Source: an uncultured virus (IMG/VR IMGVR_UViG_3300008110_000044)
Taxonomy: Duplodnaviria; Heunggongvirae; Uroviricota; Caudoviricetes
Virus record (IMG/VR): IMGVR_UViG_3300008110_000044
Length of the DNA: 64,000 nucleotides
Reading direction: 5' to 3' (one strand)
The position numbers and the translations under genes are program-made. Position 1 is the first letter of the stretch. Every line of letters begins with the position of its first letter. The notes under the pieces were generated by a model. The model made no database searches and was not told the DNA's origin. It saw nothing but the letters and a program-made list of their open reading frames with translations. Positions 8,961-17,900 of the stretch are shown piece after piece.

Positions 8961-9637
8961 TAATAGGTGTAAATGGCTACGCAGGTAGCGGAAAAGACAC
9001 AGTAGGTAAACTAATACAAATAGCTACTTGTTCTGATCTTCCGGAAGGATTAGACATACAAGAAATGGTAACTAATACTGATCACTCCTGGTGGATTGAA
9101 GATGGTTCAGGTTGGGAAATCAAGAAGTGGGCTGGTAAGCTCAAGACAATAGCCAGTCTTCTCACAGGTATTCCTGTAGAGAAATTTGAAGACCAGGAGT
9201 TCAAAACTAAAGCACTTGGTAGAGAGTGGTGTTACCCTACAGAATGGCAAGGAAGAGAACACTGGGTAGAAATGACAGTAAGAGAGTTCTTACAACGTCT
9301 CGGTACAGACGGTCTACGCACTGGACTGCATGAAAACACATGGGTAAATGCTCTGATGGCTGACTACGAAGGAACATATGACCTGGATACAGATCGTACA
9401 ACCTGGCCAAAGTGGGTTATTACAGACACTAGATTTCCTAATGAAGCTAGAGCTATCAAAGAAGCTGGTGGTATAGTAATCCGAGTAGATAGACCTGGAT
9501 GTAAACCAATCAATAATCATCCAAGTGAGACAGGACTAGATGAATGGAATTTTGATCATAGAATTATGAATGGATCTGACCTAGTCTCTTTACTGTTTAC
9601 TGTTGGTACTATACTACGAAAAGAAAAATTGTTATGA
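8957..9637 (+). CDS. Deoxynucleoside monophosphate kinase (T4 gp1-like)
   Basis: P-loop GYAGSGKDT, REFLQRLGTD, ITDTRFPNE, HPSE. Confidence 0.9.
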   Translation: MIIGVNGYAGSGKDTVGKLIQIATCSDLPEGLDIQEMVTNTDHSWWIEDGSGWEIKKWAGKLKTIASLLTGIPVEKFEDQEFKTKALGREWCYPTEWQGREHWVEMTVREFLQRLGTDGLRTGLHENTWVNALMADYEGTYDLDTDRTTWPKWVITDTRFPNEARAIKEAGGIVIRVDRPGCKPINNHPSETGLDEWNFDHRIMNGSDLVSLLFTVGTILRKEKLL

Positions 9638-10005
9638 GTAAAGAGTGTACATGTAGCTTCTGTAAAAAACCTAATTGGATTTCTCAAGTAGATTTTTATA
9701 GACTAAAGGCCAAGTTTCTTGGGTATCCTAAGTGCTGTACAGATGCATTTATAGATGATTACTTAAAAGGTAGACCAGTTCATAAAATAAGAATAAAAGC
9801 AGGTAAGCATAATCAACCAATTAATCCTAGCTTTGTACCATGTTTATGGCATGCTAATAGAATTCTACATGAAAAGAAGAGCATAAATAGAATCTTTCGT
9901 AAAAGAATATCCTCTTATGCATTTCCATATTCTTCTGATGTAGAGTTTAGAGAATACGTAAGAAACTTTAGGAAAACATATGAAAATAATAAAACAAAGA
10001 ACTAA
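9634..10005 (+). CDS. Hypothetical Cys-rich basic protein
   Basis: ATGA overlap with the upstream gene; CxCxxC, GYPKCC and VPCLWH motifs. Confidence 0.65.
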   Translation: MSKECTCSFCKKPNWISQVDFYRLKAKFLGYPKCCTDAFIDDYLKGRPVHKIRIKAGKHNQPINPSFVPCLWHANRILHEKKSINRIFRKRISSYAFPYSSDVEFREYVRNFRKTYENNKTKN

Positions 10006-10831
10006 GACTTTAATCACTCGTGATAATGGCAGAAGTTCAGACGCAGTAGCTCCTAACTTTATCTACGGTTGTTTAGGAGGCTGCATGAGCTCATATTGTT
10101 ATGTAGGTAGATATAATCATGACAAAGTGTATATTAATGAAAACACTGCTGATATTATGCTATCTATTTACAACTGGGCTAATAAACAAGAATGGCCAAA
10201 GAAACCTAACCAGTGTGATCCGGAATATTATGTTATTGATATAGGATGCAGCACTGATGTAGCTCTTCTGAGCAAACATTATAACTGGCAGGAAGTGTTT
10301 ACTTACTTTAACAGAGCAGCAATGCTAAAAAGTACCTTTGCCACAAAGTATCCTACTATGTTCTTACCTAATAAGTATGACTTAGTAAAAGATAAAAACC
10401 GTATAAGAGTAAGTCTTATGCCTCAGAAGTATTCTGATATATTGGAACCAGGTACAGATAAGATAATAGATCGTATTGATGAAATACCAAAGCTACAAGA
10501 GCATTTAGAAGTACATATTAATTTCTCACCAATCATTTATACGGATGACTGGTTGCAAGAATATAAAAAACTTTTCTCTACTCTAAGATCTGCAGGTATT
10601 TATGTAAAGTCAGAATGTATATTCTTGACGCATAACATTCATCAACATGAGCGTAACTCCAAACCTGTACAGGATTTACTATGGCGTCCTGATATACAAG
10701 AGAAAAAAGATTCACACTATGCTCCAGATAATATTAGGTATCAGTGGCAGCTTAAAAAACAAATGATACAAGACTTTACCCACTTGTATGCAGATTATTT
10801 TGATCCGGCTGGTATCCGGTATATATTTTAA
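9980..10831 (+). CDS. Spore-photoproduct-lyase-like radical SAM protein
   Basis: NGRSSD, GCLGGCMSSYCYV (Cx3Cx4C variant), DIGCSTD, FATKY, RIRVSLMP and VHINFSPII, recalled as typical of SPL-family radical SAM proteins. Confidence 0.75.
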   Translation: MKIIKQRTKTLITRDNGRSSDAVAPNFIYGCLGGCMSSYCYVGRYNHDKVYINENTADIMLSIYNWANKQEWPKKPNQCDPEYYVIDIGCSTDVALLSKHYNWQEVFTYFNRAAMLKSTFATKYPTMFLPNKYDLVKDKNRIRVSLMPQKYSDILEPGTDKIIDRIDEIPKLQEHLEVHINFSPIIYTDDWLQEYKKLFSTLRSAGIYVKSECIFLTHNIHQHERNSKPVQDLLWRPDIQEKKDSHYAPDNIRYQWQLKKQMIQDFTHLYADYFDPAGIRYIF

Positions 10832-10854
10832 CCAAAACAAATAACCTATGAAAA
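10827..10854 (+). repeat. 28-bp direct repeat, copy 1
   Basis: TTTAACCAAAACAAATAACCTATGAAAA, identical to 11082-11109. Confidence 0.95.
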
Positions 10855-11099
10855 CAATAAAAATATTAAATCAAATCGTTATAAAGTATGAGCAACGAAA
10901 AGCTAATTTGAATAGTATAAAAGTAGATGCTATTAAAAGCCAAGTAANNNNNNNNNNNNNNNNNNNNNNNNNNNNNNNNNNNNNNAACATATACACAGAA
11001 CAACAAATAAAAGAAACATTAAAAAGAATGGGACTTGATTTGTTAGTAAATGAATTTTTGAAAAAAGCTGAGCCAATAGAATTTAACCAAAACAAATAA
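10848..11099 (+). CDS. Small hypothetical protein(s) spanning an assembly gap
   Basis: ORF interrupted by 38 N (10948-10985). The two halves may belong to different genes. Ends in NQNK, encoded by the repeat. Confidence 0.4.
   Translation: MKTIKILNQIVIKYEQRKANLNSIKVDAIKSQVXXXXXXXXXXXXXNIYTEQQIKETLKRMGLDLLVNEFLKKAEPIEFNQNK
10948..10985. other. Scaffold gap (38 N)
   Basis: Run of n characters. Confidence 1.
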
Positions 11100-11109
11100 C
11101 CTATGAAAA
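11082..11109 (+). repeat. 28-bp direct repeat, copy 2
   Basis: Identical to 10827-10854; contains the upstream stop and the next ATG. Confidence 0.95.
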
Positions 11110-11795
11110 TCCTACACATTAGTGATACACATGGGTACCACGGTACTTTCCAGGACTCCCGGTTTGAAGGTATAGATGTTGTAGTACACAGTGGTGACTG
11201 CTCTAACTATAGAGATCCGTATAGAAACGAACCTGAAGTTAGAAACTTTATAGAATGGTACAAGAACGTACCAGTAAAGCATAAGATCTATGTAGCAGGT
11301 AACCATGATACGTCTATAGAAAGACGCATGGTCACTCCTGGTGACTTTGCTGCAGCTGGTATCATCTATCTAGAGAATGAGGCTACAATTATAAATGGAA
11401 TTAAGTTCTGGGGGTCTCCTATTACACCTACCTTCTTTGACTGGGCATTTATGAAAGCCAGAGACAAGACACATAAAGTGTGGGCCCAGATCCCTGATGA
11501 TACGGACGTTCTTATCGTCCACGGTCCTCCCAAAGGAGTCCGGGACTTAAGCTTTAACCGAGAAGGTGAGCTAGAGATGTGCGGATGCTCTTCTCTTATG
11601 AAGAGATGCTATGCACTAAAGGACACACTAAAGCTCGTATGTTTTGGCCACATCCACAATATGGACGGTGTAGATACTAACCAAGGAGTATCACACTATT
11701 CCCGTACAAAGACAGTCTTCTCTAATGCAGCCTGTGTTTATGACGGACGCTTTGACCTTGGATTAACATCACACGGAAATATTTTACAATTATGA
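11103..11795 (+). CDS. Calcineurin-like metallophosphoesterase
   Basis: DTH, HSGD, GNHD, HGPP and GHIH motifs. Confidence 0.92.
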   Translation: MKILHISDTHGYHGTFQDSRFEGIDVVVHSGDCSNYRDPYRNEPEVRNFIEWYKNVPVKHKIYVAGNHDTSIERRMVTPGDFAAAGIIYLENEATIINGIKFWGSPITPTFFDWAFMKARDKTHKVWAQIPDDTDVLIVHGPPKGVRDLSFNREGELEMCGCSSLMKRCYALKDTLKLVCFGHIHNMDGVDTNQGVSHYSRTKTVFSNAACVYDGRFDLGLTSHGNILQL

Positions 11796-12037
11796 GTAAC
11801 AGACCACAGTTAACAGAAACAGAAATTAAGTTTGTACATTACAAAAAAGGTATGGCTGGCAGCGGTATGACTGCTCTTATAGAAGCCATCTGGAAATTAG
11901 ATAGAAATAACCGAGCTAAGATAGCTCTTGGTTTTCCTGAATTGGTTACAATCTGTAACCGATACAATGATGAAGTTGGTTACTGGGAAGATCTGCAAGC
12001 CAGATACGAAGAATCAAACAAATACGTAAATATATAG
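11792..12037 (+). CDS. Hypothetical protein
   Basis: ATGA overlap; GSG..AL..A....D..N..K...GFPE pattern seen in small phage proteins. Confidence 0.65.
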   Translation: MSNRPQLTETEIKFVHYKKGMAGSGMTALIEAIWKLDRNNRAKIALGFPELVTICNRYNDEVGYWEDLQARYEESNKYVNI

Positions 12038-12039
12038 TT

Positions 12040-12267
12040 ATGAAAGACAAATGTATCCTATGCGGTGTGGAAACAGCTTATGATGAGTCTACTCACATTG
12101 ACATGCGGGTAGGCTACATTGAAGGAGCTGGTCAACTCTGCTCTAAATGCTATCAGAAAGGAACAAACCGTAACCATATTATGGTTCCTGAAACTACCAT
12201 TATTAACACACCTAATGATATGGAATTAGGTAACAAAGTAAGACAGATCTACAATGAAAATTCATAA
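12040..12267 (+). CDS. Small Zn-binding hypothetical protein
   Basis: CxxC...YIEGAGQLCxxC. Confidence 0.7.
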   Translation: MKDKCILCGVETAYDESTHIDMRVGYIEGAGQLCSKCYQKGTNRNHIMVPETTIINTPNDMELGNKVRQIYNENS

Positions 12268-12496
12268 GACAGATTTATTAGTATGCCTTATTCTTTTTGT
12301 TCTAGGTGGTCTTGTAGCATACGCTTATATCAAGTCTCCTGAAGAACCTAAGAAACCATCACATGAACGTATACTCTATCTCAGAGATAGTTTAGAGATG
12401 GAATGGTACAAGAAAACTCTTGATGAATCGTTCTTTTTTGAACATAGTAAAATACCAGAAAATGAAAGCGATACTGGAATTCAATCTACCAGATGA
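12254..12496 (+). CDS. Small membrane-anchored hypothetical protein
   Basis: N-terminal hydrophobic helix LLVCLILFVLGGLVAYAYI. Confidence 0.6.
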   Translation: MKIHKTDLLVCLILFVLGGLVAYAYIKSPEEPKKPSHERILYLRDSLEMEWYKKTLDESFFFEHSKIPENESDTGIQSTR

Positions 12497-12686
12497 TCAA
12501 TCAGACTTTAAAAAAGCCGTTGACGGTTACAAATGGGCATTAATAGCCTGGGATATGGATCAATATCTTAGAGCAAGAATGAAGTATGAAGATTCTATTT
12601 CAGATGAACAGTATGAAGCAGTAGAAAAAGCAAGAGAAAAACTTCGTGAATTAGTTAATGAATACTCTGTAAGTTTTGATGATTAG
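12462..12686 (+). CDS. Conserved phage hypothetical protein
   Basis: Probable start MKAILEFNLPDD (ATG 12462) rather than the listed 12420; this N-terminus is common in phage small proteins. Confidence 0.65.
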   Translation: MKAILEFNLPDDQSDFKKAVDGYKWALIAWDMDQYLRARMKYEDSISDEQYEAVEKAREKLRELVNEYSVSFDD

Positions 12687-12709
12687 TAAAAGTTTATTAT
12701 TTTTACTAA
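12675..12709 (+). promoter_or_regulatory. Promoter-like site overlapped by a 9-bp inverted repeat
   Basis: TTTG (12675-12678), 19 nt, TATTTTTA (near -7 consensus); TTAGTAAAA-N9-TTTTACTAA palindrome at 12683-12709. Confidence 0.45.
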
Positions 12710-12721
12710 AATATCCTAAAC

Positions 12722-12997
12722 ATGATTGCACTTAGAGATAATATTAATGGTTTACATGAAGATACTTGCATTAAAGTTTACGATCCTGAGATCAAAAAAA
12801 TGATTGGGATCTACGCAAATTATGCAAAAGCAGCTTTAAAGCTGGGAGTTAGTCCTTCAGCTATACAGCAGAGATGTAATAGAAAGACTAGGATGTATGC
12901 CCCTCTTTATGGTAAAGAGGTGGCATGCCGTCTTTCTAAAAAATTACCTGATGATGAACCACTGTTAACACAGTGTTCTAGAAATAATTTTTTATGA
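12722..12997 (+). CDS. NUMOD1-like helix-turn-helix DNA-binding protein
   Basis: IKVYD...IGIYANYAKAALKLGVSPSAIQQRC pattern; no nuclease domain attached. Confidence 0.6.
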   Translation: MIALRDNINGLHEDTCIKVYDPEIKKMIGIYANYAKAALKLGVSPSAIQQRCNRKTRMYAPLYGKEVACRLSKKLPDDEPLLTQCSRNNFL

Positions 12998-13263
12998 AAA
13001 AGTACATAAGCCCAATACTTAGTATTGCAACAATTTCTTTGTTGTTCTATACTCTCTTTGATCTAAAAGAGCAGGTTAAACAAATAGAACCTTTAAAAAA
13101 GGAAATAAAATCTCTAGAAAATGTAAAAGATAGTTTACATGATGAAATGTTTTTAATTCAAACTGAACTCATGAGACATGAAATAACTAGAGAAGAAGTG
13201 CTTAGCAAATACAAAAATATTTACAATGAATACAATACGTACCTTTATACACAGACTGAGTAA
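12994..13263 (+). CDS. Membrane-anchored coiled-coil hypothetical protein
   Basis: N-terminal hydrophobic segment followed by heptad-like sequence. Confidence 0.6.
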   Translation: MKKYISPILSIATISLLFYTLFDLKEQVKQIEPLKKEIKSLENVKDSLHDEMFLIQTELMRHEITREEVLSKYKNIYNEYNTYLYTQTE

Positions 13264-13351
13264 ATACAACTGGATGTTTATTATAGTATGGAGTATAATA
13301 CTATTAACCGGCTTTAAGATATGGAGCTGGATCTTTAATTTAATATTTTAA
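13226..13351 (+). CDS. Small hydrophobic protein, 41 aa (not in the ORF track)
   Basis: MNTIRTFIHRLSKYNWMFIIVWSIILLTGFKIWSWIFNLIF; fills the gap before 13355. Confidence 0.5.
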   Translation: MNTIRTFIHRLSKYNWMFIIVWSIILLTGFKIWSWIFNLIF

Positions 13352-13354
13352 TAT

Positions 13355-13747
13355 ATGAAAGTATCTTTTGATTTTGACGGCACACTTGAATTCAAAAATG
13401 TACAAGACTATGCCAAGCAGCTCTTAGATGAAGGAGTAGAAGTATGGGTAGTTACTACTAGATGGGATGAAAATCACAAACATAAATATCCTCAGAATGC
13501 CACACTAGATGATTTATGGGAAGTAGTAGATAGACTAGGTATTCCTAGACACCAAGTAAGATTTACTTGTATGGAATGGAAACATACTTATCTAAAAGGT
13601 ACAAACTTTGTATGGCACCTAGATGATAACGAATCTGAGTTTGATAAAGCTAGAAAGAACCAATGTAACGTACCCATGGTATGGGTAGAGATGAATGGTT
13701 GGCAAGAAAAGTGTGAGAAATTATTAAGAGATGCCGAAGTTAATTGA
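13355..13747 (+). CDS. HAD-superfamily phosphatase
   Basis: Motif I DFDGT, motif II VVTTR, a Lys (WKH), motif IV HLDDN. Confidence 0.85.
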   Translation: MKVSFDFDGTLEFKNVQDYAKQLLDEGVEVWVVTTRWDENHKHKYPQNATLDDLWEVVDRLGIPRHQVRFTCMEWKHTYLKGTNFVWHLDDNESEFDKARKNQCNVPMVWVEMNGWQEKCEKLLRDAEVN

Positions 13748-13946
13748 GGACCAAGACTACTATCAAGAAAATGATAGAATAATCTTTACTGCAGCATTCC
13801 ATATAAAGCGTGGATCTTGTTGTGGTAACGGTTGCCGTCACTGTCCTTATTCACCTAAACATAAAAAAGGAAATATTAATATAGATGATAGCAGACATAC
13901 TAAAAGAGAAGACCCCGGAAACGAAACCAAGGTTCTTCCTACATGA
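13731..13946 (+). CDS. Small Cys-rich protein (DUF5522-like)
   Basis: DYY.EN..IFTA.FH.KRGSCCGNGCRHCPY. Confidence 0.7.
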   Translation: MPKLIEDQDYYQENDRIIFTAAFHIKRGSCCGNGCRHCPYSPKHKKGNINIDDSRHTKREDPGNETKVLPT

Positions 13947-14274
13947 TGAGGTTAAAGCATGGCTACATGATAACCTTGAAATAAGAATAAAAGTATTACC
14001 TAGTTACTCAACTAACTGGGACATGCAAAGTAAATTGCAAAACTTAGGCTTTTATAGACCTATTATAACAAGTTTTATGTTACAAACAAATGTAACTATA
14101 GCTGGAGAGACAGCTGCGTATATAGAATCAGACAGTATACTTGCATCAACAGAAGATCTAACTGCACTTGTTCTGGCACAGAATCAGATTATGAAAGAAG
14201 AGTTTACTAAACTCTATACTGAAAATGAGAAACTAAAAGAACGTATTTATTATTTAGAAACCAGACCTGTATGA
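13885..14274 (+). CDS. Hypothetical protein
   Basis: 129-aa ORF with C-terminal coiled coil; ATGA overlap with the next gene. Confidence 0.6.
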   Translation: MIADILKEKTPETKPRFFLHDEVKAWLHDNLEIRIKVLPSYSTNWDMQSKLQNLGFYRPIITSFMLQTNVTIAGETAAYIESDSILASTEDLTALVLAQNQIMKEEFTKLYTENEKLKERIYYLETRPV

Positions 14275-14705
14275 AAACAGCACTCTATTTAGATGATCAA
14301 CGTACACCAACTATAAATATCCCAGGTTATGAACCTTGGGTAGTAGTTAGAAGTTATGAACAGTTTGTGAATTGGATTTCCGAGTTTGGCATTCCTGATC
14401 TGATCAGTTTTGATCATGATCTAGCAGATGAGCACATAGAAGACTACTTTAAGCAAAAGCTAAACCAGGGGTTTCAGCAACCAGAGTATGAATCCTATAA
14501 GGAAAAAACAGGACTTCATTGTGCTATGTGGCTAGTAGAGTTTTCGCAGACTAATGCAAAAAAGATAAATGCTGTATCAGTACACAGTCATAATCCGGTT
14601 GGAGCTAAGAATATTCAGGACTGTATTAATAGTTGGAAGAAGTTCTGTAACGAACCTGAGGATTGCTATATAGGAAAGCATCCTTTTAAAGTAGAAAACG
14701 AATAA
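14271..14705 (+). CDS. Receiver-like domain protein (cyclic-phosphate-processing REC family)
   Basis: LYLDDQR, ISFDHDL, TG..CA.WL and VHSHNPVG motifs. Confidence 0.75.
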   Translation: MKTALYLDDQRTPTINIPGYEPWVVVRSYEQFVNWISEFGIPDLISFDHDLADEHIEDYFKQKLNQGFQQPEYESYKEKTGLHCAMWLVEFSQTNAKKINAVSVHSHNPVGAKNIQDCINSWKKFCNEPEDCYIGKHPFKVENE

Positions 14706-14707
14706 AT

Positions 14708-14893
14708 ATGAATATAGAAGTAGTATTTTTTGATCCACGTTACTTTATGTTCTACGTGGGCGTTGCCGTAAATAGATACGAGCAGCATGACGGAGAGTAC
14801 CAGTGGGTCAAAAAAGAATTAGACATTGGTCTTTTCTTTATGTCAATTAGATTTTTCATAAGAAGAGACATGCAAAGAAGAGGAGGGAATTAA
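14708..14893 (+). CDS. Small hypothetical protein
   Basis: 61-aa ORF, last of the + arm; its stop lies in the terminator loop. Confidence 0.55.
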   Translation: MNIEVVFFDPRYFMFYVGVAVNRYEQHDGEYQWVKKELDIGLFFMSIRFFIRRDMQRRGGN

Positions 14894-14906
14894 CCCTCCT
14901 CTTTTT
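14878..14906. terminator. Terminator at the convergence of the two genome arms
   Basis: AAGAGGAGGG-AATTAA-CCCTCCTCTT perfect 10-bp stem with a T tract on + and an A-rich flank on the other side. Confidence 0.85.
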
Positions 14907-17900
14907 ATCTTACGTCACCCATTCTACCAGAGTAGTATATGATACGGTTGACGTTATTTACGTAAGGCAGAGCCTTTGTTATTTTTAACATAGTTCTTTC
15001 TCCATCAAACACAAGATCTCCATCTTCATCTTCTACCCCGGCCAGGTAATTAAGTGATGCCTCTACTGCTGTATAAGCTTGCGTCACTGTAGACATGCCA
15101 GGTACTACATTTGTAGTTAGACTCTCAAATGAGAATGGGTTAATATAATATGTAAGATCACGATTAAGAAGACTAAGCTGATTGATAAGAAGCTTCTTCC
15201 ATTTTTCATCATCGTCATCAAGAGCACTTGAAAGAAGTAGATACGTCATATAGAGTGTAAGAATAACTGACATCTCCATCATCAGCTTTCGTAAGTTTGC
15301 TGCTTCCTCTTCAGACAAAGTAGATGTCTCACTCTTTATAGCAGCATCATAAAAGTCTTGAAATATACCACCAACACGTACACCTTCATCACCAAAGAGT
15401 CTATTGGCAAATGTCCTATAGTATCCTTCTGTGTGTCTTTCTAGAATAGGATCATACTTTCTTTTCTCAAAACGAGCAGCTACAGTTTCAGGTAACCAAG
15501 TTTTGAATACAAATAAAGCTCGTCCAATATAACTGTCTTTACCAGCAAGAGACTGACCGCCACCTGAGAAACCGTGTAGTTTCTTTGCAACCTGTCCAAT
15601 CTTAGCACTTGTCTTATCATAGAAGTCTTCAAAGCTTAGCCCATTATTCTTTTCATCTAACCACTCTCCGTACTTCTCAGAGTCAAACTCTAAATTCTTA
15701 TTCATTACATCAAACAAGTTGAAAGTACCTTTTGATGTTTCAACTTTGGTTCCTAATAACATCGCTACAGATGTCTGAGATTTAAACAGATAGTCTGTAG
15801 ATCTCATAAGAGTCATAGGGTTAGGAATATACTTCTTAATCTTTTCCCAGTTGCTGGCCTTATTAATACCACCAAGAATAGCATCTTTAAATACGTCATC
15901 TTGGTTATCTACTACTTTAGAGTCTAGATTAATTTTAAGAATCTTTTCTGCTGATTCTGACTGCAGAGTTCCCCAACTAATATATTTAGCACTAGATGCA
16001 CGAATAATGTTAGTGGCTTTACCATAATCTTGTAAAGTAAAGTCTTGTGCTCCATATGCATGAATAATGTTGTTGATACCACCAATAGCCAAGTTGCGTA
16101 ATGCTGAGAATGGGTTAAACGCCAAACCTTTCTGACGAGTAAGTCTGTTTAAAGCATCAATTGTACTACTCATAGATAAATTACGACCACCTAATTTATA
16201 GTACTCACTCTTACTTGAATATAATTCTTTCTCAAGCTTAGCTCTGTCATCTTCTTTAAGCTCATCTGATTCAAGAGCTTTAGTAAGCTTTTCAATCTTG
16301 TCTTGTAATTCTTTAGCTTTCTTATATTGTTCAGACTTAGCACCGCCAAGTGTAAGAACTTCCCAAATATTATAGAACCTTCTCTTTTTACCAATACCTT
16401 CAGCTTCTGGAGGAATTTGATAGAATGATCTAAGCACTGCACTACCAACCATAGTCTGTAGATTCTTAGGTGCTTTACCACTTTCTACCTTCTCACCAAA
16501 CTTATCTTCTATAATAGTAGCATCTGCCATCTGTATAAGATCGTTGATAGAGTCAACCTGATCTTGTATCTGAATCTTATGCTTATACACAAGAGCCATA
16601 TCAGAAAACAACTTCATCATTAGAACAAGGTCCTTAGATCTCTCCTCTGTTGGCACCTCTTCATTAATAAATCTTGGTTTGAATTCCTGTCTTTCAGCCT
16701 CTGTAATAGGATCTTTCTTTGCTGACTTATCATAATCTACAATAGTAAGCTGTTTAAAGAACCAGTCACCCATATTCTTAGTGCTCTCTTTAAGAGCAGT
16801 AAATCCATACTCTTTAGCCATTCTCTCTACAATAACAGGTAGGAAGTTTGACTGTAGCTCATCTATCTCCTCTTCAGGTAAATAGTTCAATTGCTCTTGA
16901 ATAAAGTCTCTAAAGAATGTATAGAATCCATAAAGAGCTTTGTCAGACGCAATCTTACCAAAGTTCTCATCGTAATATCCTGGATCTTTACCCTCAACAG
17001 TTTTGCGAGGAAACTTAACAGAGTATCTACCACCTTTAAAGGCTTTAAACTCTGCAGTATTTAGTGTGTTTCTATTAGCGTTTTCTATAAAAGCAATAGG
17101 GTCATTAAGCTGTCTCCACTCTTTTACTCTTTCTTCAACAAATGCATCTTGATCTTCGCCTTCTTCTAGAATAATATCTCCAGAGAAAATATCAAGATAC
17201 AGTCTTGTTTTATAAATTTCTGAATCTTCTTCAAACTTCTTGGCTCTTTTTGTAGCCTGAGTAATCATATCAGCAATCTCATCTTCTGTAAAGCCTTGAG
17301 TCTTTAAATCATTGATTACATTTACTCTATCATCATCAGTATGATTCTTAGCATTAATAAACGGAGCTGAGTTAAATAAGATAGTATTAGAAGCAATCCA
17401 GCTATTATAACTTCTGTATGCAAGCTTTACAGCTTCTTTATCATCTCCAGCTTTTTCAAGATTAATTCTTAACTGTTTAGACTGAAATCTAATAGCATCA
17501 TAATAAGCCTGGCTAAATCTTCCTCTTAAACCAAGAGTACTCATGCCAAGTTTGTTTGTCTGCTCTTTAATAAATATATCAAAACCTCTAGCTTTTATCT
17601 CAGCGTTATCTTTGATCTTATCAAAAGCTGTTTCAATATCTTCGTAGTTTCTATTGTGCTCCTTAGAGATTTTTAGATTAGCTTCATTAATAATCTTTGC
17701 TAGATAACCAACAGTCTGATTATCAACCGTGGTAATATCTCTGGCCATACTATGGATATAACTTACATCCTTAAATGCATCAAGATCTTTTGTAGTAATC
17801 TTTCTGTCTTCAGGCATAGAGTTGTTATAAGCTTCTACAATAAGCTTTCTGGCTATATTGCTAAGCTTAATCTCAGATAGATTAACCTCTGACATAATCT

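Noticed and set aside
10827..11109. 28-bp repeat as a mini-CRISPR, att site or IS target duplication
   Set aside because: Only two copies, containing stop and start signals; no integrase, transposase or terminal inverted repeats nearby.
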